From Felis catus (Eukaryota): 64,000 nucleotides of DNA. Location: contig NC_058369.1 in assembly GCF_018350175.1 (NCBI RefSeq), positions 49,972,001-50,036,000 of the forward strand, written 5' to 3'. Below, one piece after another: positions 13,621 to 25,642 of the stretch. The translations under genes and the position numbers were made by a program. The first letter of the stretch is position 1. Every line of letters begins with the position of its first letter. The notes beneath the pieces are model-generated. The model was not told where the DNA came from. It worked only from the letters and a program-made list of their open reading frames with translations, and searched no databases.

Positions 13621-14296
13621 GTCTCTCTTTATGCCCCAATTCTGCTCCTCTTTCTCTTTACCGTGTGTTTCCTTCGCCACCTATGAGGATGGTTTGACTT
13701 AAACAGTGACTCAGAGCCTGGAGAGAAGAGAAAGCAAGCCTATGAAACAGGGCACTCAGGGTGGTTCTATATGGGTGGGTTGTAGATTGCAAAAGCTAGA
13801 GATAGAAGTGGAGCTTTGTGGGTAGGCCAGGGAGCTTGACCAGGGCCAAGGCAGGATTTGATGTGGAGGAAAAGCGTGGCCAGGACTGTGTGTTGGAAAC
13901 ACACGCTGATTGTGGCGTGCCAACCCTCAATGGGCCCCGAGCAAGACAGACACCGCTGCATTGAGGAAGCCGTCTGGCCCACGGCATTCCCGGAAGGGGC
14001 GAGCCTGGCGAACCTCAGCCTCGTAACCCAGGCTGGGAAGCCGGCCCCTGTTGGGTTTGGCAAGGAAGCGTTTGTGAGCTCAGCAGGAGAGAATGCAGAG
14101 TGTCACTTGTTTAGAGAGGAAAAGAATCTGCTGCACCAAGATGACAGCTGGGCCATCACACAGAAAGGCTTGGCATTGCATCTGGGCTACCTTTGTTTCT
14201 GACACGTGTGGTATCACATCCGAACCAGAGTCAGGCTCCTCCACGGTACATGGGGGTGTAGAGCTCTGAAAATGATCTCTGTGGATCTCGTTATCC

Positions 14297-14522
14297 CGAG
14301 TGTGGTCCAGAGACCAGCCGTGTGGGCATACCCAGGAGCTCATCAGGGATGCAGATTCTCAGGCTCCACCCAGGCCTGCTGAATCAGAATCTTTAAAGTC
14401 CGAGAGGTGCTGTCCTAGACATGCCCTGACCTAGGATTAGAATCTCTGGAGCTACATTTCTCAAATCTGCCTGACATATAAGCTCCCCAGGTGAATCAGA
14501 TACAGGCTGAAGTTTGGGAACC
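14297..14522. mobile_element. MER5A-like fragments
   Basis: gtgtggtcc...atgcagattctcaggctccacccag...gctgaatcagaatct and aagctccccaggtgaa...aagtttgggaacc. Confidence 0.65.
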
Positions 14523-15465
14523 AACACAGGAAACCTGTGAAATGTCATAAGGCACTGAAGCCTCATCTCTCAAATGCCTCCCTGACCCAGAAAATTCCCT
14601 TTGAGCTAGCATGGAAAATATCATTAGTTGATTTGCAGTCCATCTACTTGTAAAAAAGGATTTATGACAGTTCGTGAACAGAGAAGATGGTTAGTGAAGC
14701 AGCATCACAGACTGGATTGCAGGGAAACTCCACCAGCCCACAACCCACTAAACACCTTTCTCCATACGTGCGGCATGACAGAGCCTAAAATCCCGCCGCT
14801 GGGTTTATCCCTGTGCTTCTTTTTAAAATTATAAGTTTTCCTTGGAGGAAAAGGCATTTTTACGTTCAGAGTAAATTGCTGATGACTTTTCAAAGCCTGC
14901 TTTCCTGATGGCAATCTGTGAGCAAGTTCTGTCATTCTACCTCCAAAGAAAATCTCTAGGGTTCCACTTCTCTCCACCTCCACAGTGGCACTGGGTCTCA
15001 CCTGCAAAGACCTGACAAGACCTTCCCACATGGTCTATTTCTACTTCTGTCCCCTCTGATCTCTGTTCCACACAACTCTCAAGGCAGTCACTGAAGGAGG
15101 GAAATCACATCATGTCACATCCCAGCCTAAAGCCAAAACCTGCCTGTATCAGTTTCCTTCAGCTTCTGTAACAAATTATCACAAACATGGTGGCTTAAAA
15201 CAATAAAATTTATTATCTCACAGTTCTGGAGACCAGAAATCCAAAATCTGTATCACTGGGTTGAAATCAGCATGTTGGCAGGGCCATGCCCTGGAGACTC
15301 TAGAGGACAATCTGTTCTTTGCCTCTTGCAGCTTGTGGAGGCTGTCTGCCTTCCTTGGCTTGTGGCCACATCACTCCAATCTCTGCCTCCATGGTCAAAA
15401 TGCATTGTCCTCTTCTGTCTGTCCACTTTCTCACTGCCTCCATCTTTATAGAAATACATGTGACA

Positions 15466-15930
15466 GGGGCACCTGGGTGGCTCAGTCAGTTGAACATCCA
15501 ATTTCGGCTCAGGTCATGATCTCCCTGTCTGTGAGTTCAAGCCCCGTGTCGGGCTCTGTGCTGACAGCTCAGAGCCTGGAGCCTGCTTCGGATTCTGTAT
15601 CTCCCTCTCTCTCTGCCCCTACCCCCCTCATGCTCTGTCTCTCTCTCTCTGTCAAAAATAAATAAACATTAGGGGCGCCTGGGTGGCGCAGTTGGTTAAG
15701 CGTCCGGCTTCAGCCAGGTCATGATCTCGCGGTCCGTGAGTTCGAGCCCCGCGTCAGGCTCTGGGCTGATGGCTCAGAGCCTGGAGCCTGTTTCCGGTTC
15801 TGTGTCTCCCTCTCTCTCTGCCCCTCCCCCATTCATGCTCTGTCTCTCTCTGTCCCAAAAATAAATAAACGTTGAAAAAAAAAATTAAAAAAATAAATAA
15901 ATAAATAAATAAACATTAAAAAAAAAAAAA
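15466..15930 (+). mobile_element. Can-SINE (outer; body 15466-15671, tail resumes ~15919)
   Basis: Degenerate TSD agaaatacatgtga (15450-15463) / agaagtacatatga (15931-15944). Confidence 0.92.
15672..15902 (+). mobile_element. Young SINEC_Fc-type element inserted in the tail of the preceding SINE
   Basis: CpG-rich variant (ggtggcgcag, cagccaggtc, ctgggctgatggct, cctgtttcc). Perfect TSD aaataaataaacatta at 15656-15671 and 15903-15918. Confidence 0.92.
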
Positions 15931-17018
15931 AGAAGTACATATGATGGCACCCAGGACCACGTGGATAGTCCAGAATAATCTCCCCATCTCAAGATCCTGA
16001 ATTTAACCACATCTGTAAAGTCTGTTTTTGTCATATCAGATAATGGGGACAGTTCCAGGACTAGGGTGTGCCTATCTCTGGGGATCAATCAGACTACCAC
16101 ACTGTCTTTCCATTGCACTTGATGAAATCCAAAGTCTGTACTGTGGCCGCTAAGGTCTCATGTGACCTGGCCCCAATCCAACTCTGAGACCTTCTCCTGC
16201 TCCACTTTCCTCATTTTCCAGCCCATTCCTCTGGTCTGCTTTTAGATCTTAAAGTAAGTACATCCCTGCCACAGAGCCTTTGGTCTTGCTGTTTCTTTTG
16301 CCTGCAGTATTACCACTCTGGGCCTCATTTGCTGGATGAATGAATGCATAAATCAATGAGTGAATGTCTTATTCCTAAAAACTCAGGTAACAACATGATG
16401 GGGAAAGTAGAAACAGCAGCATGGGCAGAAATTAACTTCATCTACCTCTCAATTCTTCCTAGAAATTATTTGGCTAAAGATACTTCACCTACTCTTTTTT
16501 CAGTTGCCAAACACTTCAAAATACCCACACCTCTTAGGCACCAGAGGCTCCCTAGAAAGGAGGTGCCTTAGATGGTTGTAGCCAAGGTGGAACTGGGCAT
16601 CAATAGGAATAATATCACACGGAACCATCCCCACTCTCCTCATTCTTGAAGAAATAAGACAGTCCAGGGTACACAAAGCTATTTTGACTTCCAGCAACAA
16701 TTTCGATGATGTTTCTTCTAGTGGTCAATGAATGTTCACTGTTGATTTTAGTGGCAATTTTACAAAGGCCACTGCTAATGGCTGCATCCTGCCCTGGAGA
16801 CAGCATGCCTGCCAGTGGTTAAATGACCTTTAATTATCTCCTGATTCTGAGAGAAGGTCTATCATTAAGTGGAATTTCTTGCATGCTATTATGATGAAAA
16901 TGTAAACAGAAGTTCTTTCTGCCCCAGAAAGAAGTAGTCTGAGTTCCATATAGTTATATAAATCAATAGTGGTCACTACATTATAGGTAGTAGGTAGTCT
17001 AGATTGACCAACTCATTT

Positions 17019-17241
17019 TCTTTTTAAAAAAAATTTTTTTAACATTTATTTATTATTGAGAGACAGAGACAGAGCATGAGCATGGGAGGGGCAGAGAGAG
17101 AAGGAGACACAGAATCCGAAGCAGGCTCCAGGCTCTGAGCTGTCAGCACAGAGCCCGATGCGGGGCTTGAACTCACAAACTGCAAGATCATGACCTGAAC
17201 CGAAGTTGTACGCTCAACCAACTGAGCCACCCAGGCGCCCC
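17019..17241 (-). mobile_element. Can-SINE, full length
   Basis: Reverse-strand SINE ending ...ccaggcgcccc. TSD tga(c/t)caactcattt at 17005-17018 and 17242-17255. Confidence 0.95.
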
Positions 17242-20200
17242 TGATCAACTCATTTCCTTCCAGTTTTCCCAGGTCTTTCTCCACTAGCACTTTAAATCCT
17301 GAATCCCAGGAAACCCCTTAGTCTCAGATACACTGGGATGACTGATTGCCCTAGTGATAGCTAACAGGCCTACCTACCCCTAACACTTGTGGGACATAAG
17401 GAAAAACAGTATAAGTAGAGGCCCATGGGGTGTATGTCTAAATATACACAAGTTATAAATCAAGCTAACATACTGCTAAATAAAAATATATTCTATCCTC
17501 CTACCCGACAATTCTTCAAAACAACCTAGAAGGCTGAGTTTGAGTTCCCAGCTCTTGGACTTCCCTCTGGTTTCTGGCCTGTCACCACCTTCTCTTTCTG
17601 CTCCTAGCTCTGCCCCACACCCCAAGGGGTCTTGCTTAAATAAGTGAAGATACTCAAACTCCATCCACATCCCATAAGCAACCACCTCTTGGTCTCCTCC
17701 TGGGCCTAGGGGTAAAGTGTGACAAGATTCATTTTTGGAGGAGAATTGCCCTAGGGCAGAGGCCCACTCTGTTCTACAAATGAGACTGGGGCCATTTACG
17801 AAGAGAATTCTGGGGTCCATGGAACCTAAGCCTGGCCTGAAAGGAATGGACCTAAAAGGGAGGACCAGGACCAGACGGGGTTTCAGGATAGGAGCCACTC
17901 TTGCCTGCTGGCAGTCATCACTCACTAGAGTCCCCTTGACATTAGAAACGATGGGTTAATTTCCAATTTCCATATACACCACCAGGGCCTCCTGGGCACA
18001 GGTTAGAGTTGTTCAACCAGGAGAAATAAAGTTTGAGCAAAACGTTACAGATGCCCTGAGACTATTCCTAGAAAGAACTGAGGTCATCACTAGAGAAAAC
18101 AAAATTATAGGACAGTAGGGAAAAGAGGTCCTGTATCAAAGAGGAATAACTACTTAAAAAAACGGCTCTCTTGCCTGGAGATTGATAAGTGTCTGCCAGA
18201 GAGGGGAGACTGGGAGTTTGAATGTCATCCTTCTGAGTCCATACTAATGCAGGATTTCTGTTTTCCTTCAGGGGATTTACTTTAATAGATGATGCAGACC
18301 GATCCAAATATCAGTGCATGCTGAAAATTACCTGTCTGTTCCTACAGTCTTGATCATGTGAGTATAGCAAGTATCAGGCAGCCAGTATTACAAAATTAAC
18401 CACACAGAAGTGATAGGATGATGATATGAGATGGTGGAAAAGATCACCAAGTTAGAAAATACGGAGGTCTTAGTTAAAAGCATAGTGTCAGATAAGTTGG
18501 GTTTAGATAATTCCTCTGCCAATTAATAACGGTGAGACTGCAAGTGAGTTACTTTGCATATTTGAACCTTGTTTTTAACTCCTAAGCAAAATCAGGATCT
18601 CAATAGCACCTATTACATGCGACTGGTATGAGGATTAATTCAGATAAAGCGTATTAGGAACCCAACCATTGTCTCTAACATTCTAAGTATTCCAAAATAT
18701 TGCTTACTAGGAGAAATGATGGTAGGGGTGCCGCTGATGGTAAAGGCTGGATTGCACTGGTAGAATACTACTAGTTAGTGTCAAGAAGAAGTAATACTAC
18801 TGTAGTAATACAGAAGAGAGGCAGATTACATGGACTCTGAGACTCACGGTTCTTGGGTCTAGAAAGGAAATTCTTCAAAGATAATTAAGATACTTAAGAA
18901 TAAGGGGATGATGTATGGACTACACCTGTGGCAACTGCAGAATACCAAACAGGACAGGGAGACACGAGGAAATATGACTCACGCATACCTTCACTGAGAA
19001 TACATGGCACAAACTTAGTGTCAATGAGCCTGGAATCATCTCAGACCACGTGGGGGACACCAAGAGAAGTTGCTGAGGGAGCTTGCTGTTGTATTCACAG
19101 TTGTACAGACTCGAGCTGAGTCATCACAGCAGTTCAGTAATATCTCAAGTGATAGAAGACAGATCACTCACTGGCAAGCCTGAATCAGCACCAGGGCAAG
19201 CAACTATCCCCATCCGTGGCCAAACTTAGGTACCACTCAATGTGCAGATGAATCATTTCTAAATTTAGCACAAAGATTTCCAAATTATCCCAATATGATC
19301 TAACATCTGGATGGGAGATATTTATTATTGAGTTGGTGTTCGAGGAGGGGACATAAGGAGAGAGAAAAAAATAGAGAGAAGGCTATGTTCTCTAAGAAAA
19401 CTATTTTCTTTTGAAATAGGGGACTATTTTTGCAAAAATGACTGACTCACATTATTTTTTCATCACTGAAAAGGAAAGAGAGCATGTGTAATGGATTGCT
19501 TTACACTAAATAAAGACATCCTGTGGACATGAGGCTTTCTAATTCCGTTTTATATTATTCTAGCTACATTTAAAATGCACATACGAGCATAAGATTGATT
19601 CATTTCTGCGTTGGATTGCCTAAGGTCTTTCTACTGTTACAAATAACTTCCCGCAAAGCTTTCTCATGCCTTCTGGGATGGAGGAACAGAGTTCACCCCA
19701 AGATGCTCTCTGACCTGATCACCCCAAGTTCTTGCTCTTTTTCCCATGGGCTGTGAGGCTCAATGCAGAGCTCTTGGTTCTTTGGGAGTAGAGTAGGAAG
19801 GTCCAAAGGCTCTCTTTGCCCTGGCTTCTCAACACCTTTTGTTACAGAGTTTCCACTTCCTGGGCACAAAGGGGGAAAACATTCATGGTTATTTCCATGA
19901 GCTCTAGAATCAGAACGGTGTTCAAGTCCTGGCTCTGCCAATTCACTCTATGTGACCAACAAACAAGCTGTTTATCCTCTTGTGAGCCTCAACTGCCTCA
20001 TCTGTGAAGTGGGAATACGTAGAGACACTAACTCAGTTAAGATTAGGTGTTGTCTCAGTGGCTGTCTACATCGCAAGGGCTCCACAAAGCTAGCTCTTAT
20101 TCTTTCTAATGTTAGAGTGTTTGGAGTTATGTATTTAGACACCCAGGAAGTTAAGCCACCGGGATCTGATGTTTTAGGTAATGGAAAACTGTAATCTTCA

Positions 20201-20570
20201 GCCAAACTGAACTCCTTTTGCCTCAGGGTTCATGCTTTTCCTATCATAATGCTCCCCATTCATCACCTTTTGTTGCAATTGCTTGTTTAGCATCTCTTTT
20301 TCCCAGGAGACTTGATTCTGTGAATCTGTTTTCACTGTGCATGTCTGACACCCAGGAGAGTTCTTGGTACAGAAAGAGATGTGCAAGAGTCATTCAGTGA
20401 ATAAAAGACTGAACAACCAATGAACCAATGAAATAACTGAGTAACTGATAGAACCACAGACCAAATGACTGAATGATCAACTGAGTGATCAAATGAACGA
20501 ATGAATGAACTAATGAATGAATGACTGATATTGGTCATGTAAATTCAACAGGATGTGAAAATACTTTCCT

Positions 20571-20696
20571 GGGGCACCTGGGTGGCTCAGTCGGTTAAGT
20601 GTCTGACTCTTGGTTTGGGCTCAGGTCATGATCTCACAGTTTGTGAGTTCGAGCCCCACATCCGGCTCTGTGCTGACAGCATGGGGACTGCCTGGG

Positions 20697-20735
<39 letters not shown>

Positions 20736-21003
20736 TCCTCCCCTGCTTGCTCACTCTTTCTCTCTCGCTCTCAAAATAAATAAATAAACTTAAAAAAAAT
20801 AAATTTAAGATCTCGTGGTTTCGTGAGTTCAAGCCTCGCATCAGGCTCTGCTCTGGCAGTCTGTAGGGGAGAAGACCTGTGAACATATGACAGACCCTGC
20901 TTGGGATTCTGTGTCTTTCTCTCTCTCTGCCCATCCCCCGCTCACACTGTCTGTGTCTCTCTCAAAATAAATAAATAAACTTAAAAAATTAAAAAAAAAA
21001 AAA
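20571..21003 (+). mobile_element. Dimeric Can-SINE (full unit 20571-20808 plus 5'-truncated unit 20809-21003)
   Basis: Two SINE bodies inside one perfect 14-bp TSD, gaaaatactttcct (20557-20570 and 21004-21017). (CT)n expansion at ~20699-20732. Confidence 0.92.
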
Positions 21004-21959
21004 GAAAATACTTTCCTAGCGTGACAAAAGATGAGACTACTAAATAAAGAATTTAAACTTGGAAAAGTAAGGTCTTTAGGGGGATACAGAACACCTGTTT
21101 TTTAATATCTCAGAGTTCAATTCACCCACCCCCACCAACGATAGGATGGGTGGTAATACCCTACTGAAAAACATTATTCATTCCATACTCACACGGCCCT
21201 TAAATTGTACATCCTTCCCACCCTCCATCATAATCCAGAATCTGTTTGACAGTTTCTGGTCTCAGCGTGTCTATCTGTGTCAGATGACATCATGGCCAAA
21301 CCATGTGTCTTGGGCTGTGAGAACAACTTGGGAAATCAACAGGAAGCCCCAGATCTTCCAATGCCTAATTTCTGATAACTAAGAATCTTTCCTGAAATCT
21401 CCCATCCACCGTTTTCTTCTCAGTGAGCTCATCTAGTCTTTCCAGAAAGGCTGATCAGTGGCAAGGCATTGCTGGACTTCGTCAGGGGGATTTGGTGTCT
21501 TCATACCTTGTTCATCAGCCACAGGACACACTCATCTTTCAAGAGTTCTGGAATTCTGCCCATGGATGTCTGAACACTCCACTGCAATCCCAAAGGACCT
21601 CTTAGAATGTGCATGTTTAGCCACAGAAGATCCAAACTGTTTTTAAATTAAAACCTGCCTCCCATGAACATACTTAAAATGACCGTTGAACAGTATTTTG
21701 ACAGTCCTATCATCCTGTAAGAATCTGTGATTGTAACAAAATACATGGAACACTCATTTAATGCCCTTTTCCTGGTGTAAGGGAGTGGGGGGCGGGGAAA
21801 ACTCCCAAATCCAGGCTGATGACAATGTTACAGGTCACTAGGAATATTTTCTAAGAGAACCAAGCATGGTAACCACTTGCCTAGAAATTAGTTAAAAAGT
21901 AATTATACAGTTACCACACCTTTTCCATGCTGGGCAAGAGATTGAATACTTGGTACATA

Positions 21960-22110
21960 CATTAGCACATTTAATCTGCCTAGGAGTCCTAGGATATTGG
22001 CATCACTGTTTCCATTTATAGATAGGTAAATTGAGGTTCCCAGTGGGTGTCCATGCAGGGATTTGAACCAAATGCCCCTGACTTCAAAGCTGATGCTCTT
22101 ACCCCTCCAC
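21960..22110 (-). mobile_element. MIR fragment
   Basis: catttaatc...tccatttatagataggtaaattgagg...gggatttgaacc...ctgacttcaaagc. Confidence 0.65.
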
Positions 22111-22729
22111 AGGTTGCAACACAGTTACAAGATAGGGGAAAGGATGGCTATTACCAAAGTGGAATGGAATGGTGGAATGTAACTGGGGCCAGATAAAATA
22201 GTCCCTAAAGTCTGGGGGAGAGAAGACCTATGAACACATGACAACAGTTTTCTAACAGATCAACCGTCACTATTCAAGAAAGAGAGAGCCCTTCAAAGAC
22301 ATTGCAAAGGCTAGAAAAAACACGTAGGTAACAGCTCTAGGAAGGCACATGTCAGCCAAGGTAACACAGAACCTTCTAACAATGAGAGATGTCCCAAACT
22401 GCCAGATTGGCCCAGTAAGAGCATGTGTTCTCGGACATGGAAAGCATCCAAGCAGAGGGTAGGTGCCGCATGGGTGGGGATGGGAACTTGGAGGTTCTGG
22501 CCCTCTTGTTTTTTGGGGGGGTAGATGCCCACTCATCAGCTGACAAGTTTACCCTTGCCTGCACCTGATCACCATGTGCAAGTAAAACAATGCAGAAACA
22601 GTCTAATGCAAGTTTCATCTCTGAGGCTAAAGAAAGGAATAGCAGGGAACTGTTACTCTGAATCTATTTGTGGATTTGAAGACATTCCAAGGGACAGAAA
22701 ACTTGGGAAAGGAAGGAAACCATGGGTAT

Positions 22730-22975
22730 TAATTACTTTGTATCAAGCAATGGGTTGGGTGCTTTGCACATGCCCCCTCATAAAGCAGGGTGCTACCCTC
22801 TGGAAGTAGGGCTGATCATTTCCGTCTTACAGCTAAAGCAGTCTAAGAGAACAGTTAATTTGCCCACAGCCACATAGCTAGTAAGTAGTATAATCAGGGC
22901 TCAAACTCAGGATATTGGTATCACTGTTTCCATTTTACAGATAGGTAAGTTAAGGTTCCAAATCCTCACTCTTTT
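22730..22975 (-). mobile_element. MIR carrying a 51-bp copied segment
   Basis: gttaatttgcccacagccacatagctagtaagt...ggctcaaactcag, then the copied segment, then aaatcctcactct. Confidence 0.65.
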
Positions 22976-23570
22976 TCTCAACAGTTTTCTGCCAAACCCA
23001 GCAGCAAGAGAAGCATTTTGCTGCATCTTGGCTGCAAAGTTGATGCAGGTCAGCAAATTACAGCGATTCAAGAGGGTCTACCTCAGTAAAGGGCTCCAAG
23101 TCCCCCAGCATCTCACATTCAAGCCTTGTCCCCAAAGACATAAGACTGGCTTTATGTCAGCTGGAATCCCGGCATGGGAACAGAACATTTGGAAGGACCG
23201 TCAGGCGTAGACCAAACTTTTGCATATGACCCACATTCATTCCTCACAATGAGCCCCACTGTGACACAGGAGAGGGCCAAGGCACAAGGGAGTTATGCAC
23301 CTAAAGCCACTGTCAATGGCCATGGGCAGCCTCCTCTTCATGACCCTAGAGCAGCTGTGGCAGTCTTGCCCTGGGGAAGGCCCCCAAATTTGTCTTGTTT
23401 CTCCCAACACCTCCAACTGGTCTTCCTATTCTAAGCGTTTGCAAAGCTCCAAATCATTTTAACTAATTCACATGCCAAGAGCAGAAAAGACCACATGAGA
23501 AACCCAGAGGGTGTTCTGTATCTCAACAACCCAGCAAAGGCTACAATGAGATCATCTCTAAAATCCACTC

Positions 23571-23990
23571 TGTTTCAGTACAGGTTAAGCCCTGGCTAGA
23601 CACACTTGAAGGGGTGACTGAAGGAAATTTAATAAAGGCACTCTCAGTGAAGGAGAAAACAAAGTTCAAAGGACTCACTTGAGAAGAGGAAGCACCCTGA
23701 GGCCAGTGACAGCAGGAAGCAGGGACCACGCCCAGGCCTGAAGCAGCCACGGGAGAGAGCTGTCCCCAGGCTGACAGGAGCTGTGGTTGTAGGTAGAAGA
23801 GCATGACCATCTCTAAAATCCAGGCCAACAAGGCGGAAGAGGGGAGATTAAATACACACACCCCTGATCTCCCACCAGTCTCCTGCTTCCAGGAAGACAG
23901 CAAAGGGGCCCGAGAGTGGAGACCCATATGAGTCTCCAGGTACAGAGCAAAGAGTAGATATGGAAGAAAACACAAAAAATACCCATTACA
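23571..23990 (-). mobile_element. ERVL solo LTR (LTR33-like)
   Basis: tttaataaagg, gaagcaccctgaggc, cccaggcctgaag, gacaggagctgtgg and ctgatctcc match the reverse of the recalled LTR33 consensus. TG...CA ends. Confidence 0.7.
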
Positions 23991-25321
23991 ATCCTGAAAG
24001 GTGAGGAGCCCATTCTCCCTTAGTCCAAGCTAAACCCTTACTGTAAAGCCAGACATCTTGTGAGTGATCCCAGTTGGGTTTGGATCCTAACTAGCTATGA
24101 GGCTTTAAGCAGCTTAAATAACCCAGCGGGGCTCCATTCTCTTACCAGCAAATAGGCAAATACATTGTCTGAATGCCTGCACCCATCCCTGTGACAGAGC
24201 TAAAACACATGCAGAGATTTTCTGGGTCTAAATCCTGGCTCTTCACACTCTCTCACTGACCTGGCAAATAAAGGGAAGGGCTCCATTGCACCATCAAGTA
24301 GGATATGTATCTGATATTCAGAGCAAATTTATCGCTGCCTCCTAGTAAATAACACATTTGAGTCACAAGTGGCCTTAGAGATGATGGCCAGCCATAACAT
24401 TTTAGGAGAGCTAGGATCAAAATGTAGGGCTCTGGACTCCTGATCCAGTGCTCCTTCACAATGGATAGATTCTCCTTGGGTCCTTCACAGTCCCAAAGTT
24501 AGGCTACAAAGCAGGAGAATGCTTGGGTCCAAAAACCATGTTTTGTTTTTATCCAGATGTTTTGACCTTATAGACAAAGCCTTTCCTGATCTAGGAATCC
24601 ATCCAAAAATCTGGAAAAAATTAGATACTTATTCTAAAATTAAAGTCTCTGTAAGAATGGCAGGAAATAAACCAAAATATTTAAGTTGTGAACAAGTCAT
24701 ATATACTTGGTATAAATGATGGTCCAAGTTGATACAAATTAAAACATGTAAGTGGTTCATGGTATATTTGTATCAATTAATATTAATATATTAAAATATA
24801 TCATATGGTTCAGGGATTATTTGTATCAATCAATTATTGCACATCAGAATATATCAGGTGACTCATGGATTATTTACATATACCTACTCTTAGGTGCTGG
24901 GTGTTTTAATGAACACAATAGGTCTAAAAACTCATAACCAAATAGAAGCCATCACTCATGTTTGCATACTAAAACAACTAAGCCACACCTGCTACAATGT
25001 AACAATAAAAACATCATCATTGTGAGCCATTAATTATTGGCAAGTTCCTAAAGTGTCTGGCATGAAGCCAAAAGATCTGGATTCAAGGTTTGCTTGGCTT
25101 CTTTCTACCTTTGTGACTTTGGCTAAATCACTTGCCCTTCCCAGTGTAAGTAGAGTAGAGTTGAAACAGAGCAGACCAGACATGTAGTTATTGGTTTTCA
25201 GACCCTTGGTCTTTCCACCTGATAACAAGCTAGGTCTCTGTTAGTACCTTTTGGGCATCCTTGCTGTGAATTAAATAGTAAATCAGATACTGTCATTCCC
25301 TGCCCTTGCTTAAAACTCTGT

Positions 25322-25642
25322 AACTGCTCTGTTCAATATGGTAGCCACTGCCCACAAGTGACTACTAAGCATTTGTAGTGTGGTTAATCTCAACACAGGT
25401 GTACTGCAAGTATAAAACACACACCAGATTTCAAAGACACAGTACCAAAAAAAGAATGTAAAATATCTCAGTAATACTGTATATCAATCACAGGTAGAAA
25501 TGACAACCTTCTGGATATACTGGGTCAACTAAAACATGTTATAAATAGTTCACCCATTTCCTTTTACCTTTTTTTCATGTGGCTACTAGAAATGTTTAAA
25601 TGACTTAGTTGACACACATTATGTCTCACATGGAAAGCACTG
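25322..25642. mobile_element. hAT-Charlie element (MER33-like) inserted in an L2
   Basis: ctgttcaatatggtagccact...ataaaacacacaccagatttcaaagac...gtggctactagaaa...gcactg. Confidence 0.75.

Larger units (their letters stand above)
15145..16101 (-). mobile_element. MaLR LTR (MLT1D/C-like) interrupted by two nested SINEs
   Basis: Begins tgtatcagtttcc...gtggcttaaaacaa (reverse of the MLT1 3' end) and ends ataatctccccatctcaagatcct...ctaccaca. Confidence 0.85.

Noticed and set aside
20400-20530. Degenerate TGAA/TGAC periodic tract resembling a spaced repeat array
   Set aside because: Decayed (TGAA)n simple repeat of the kind found at L2 tails. No repeat-spacer structure, and CRISPR is not plausible in mammalian DNA.
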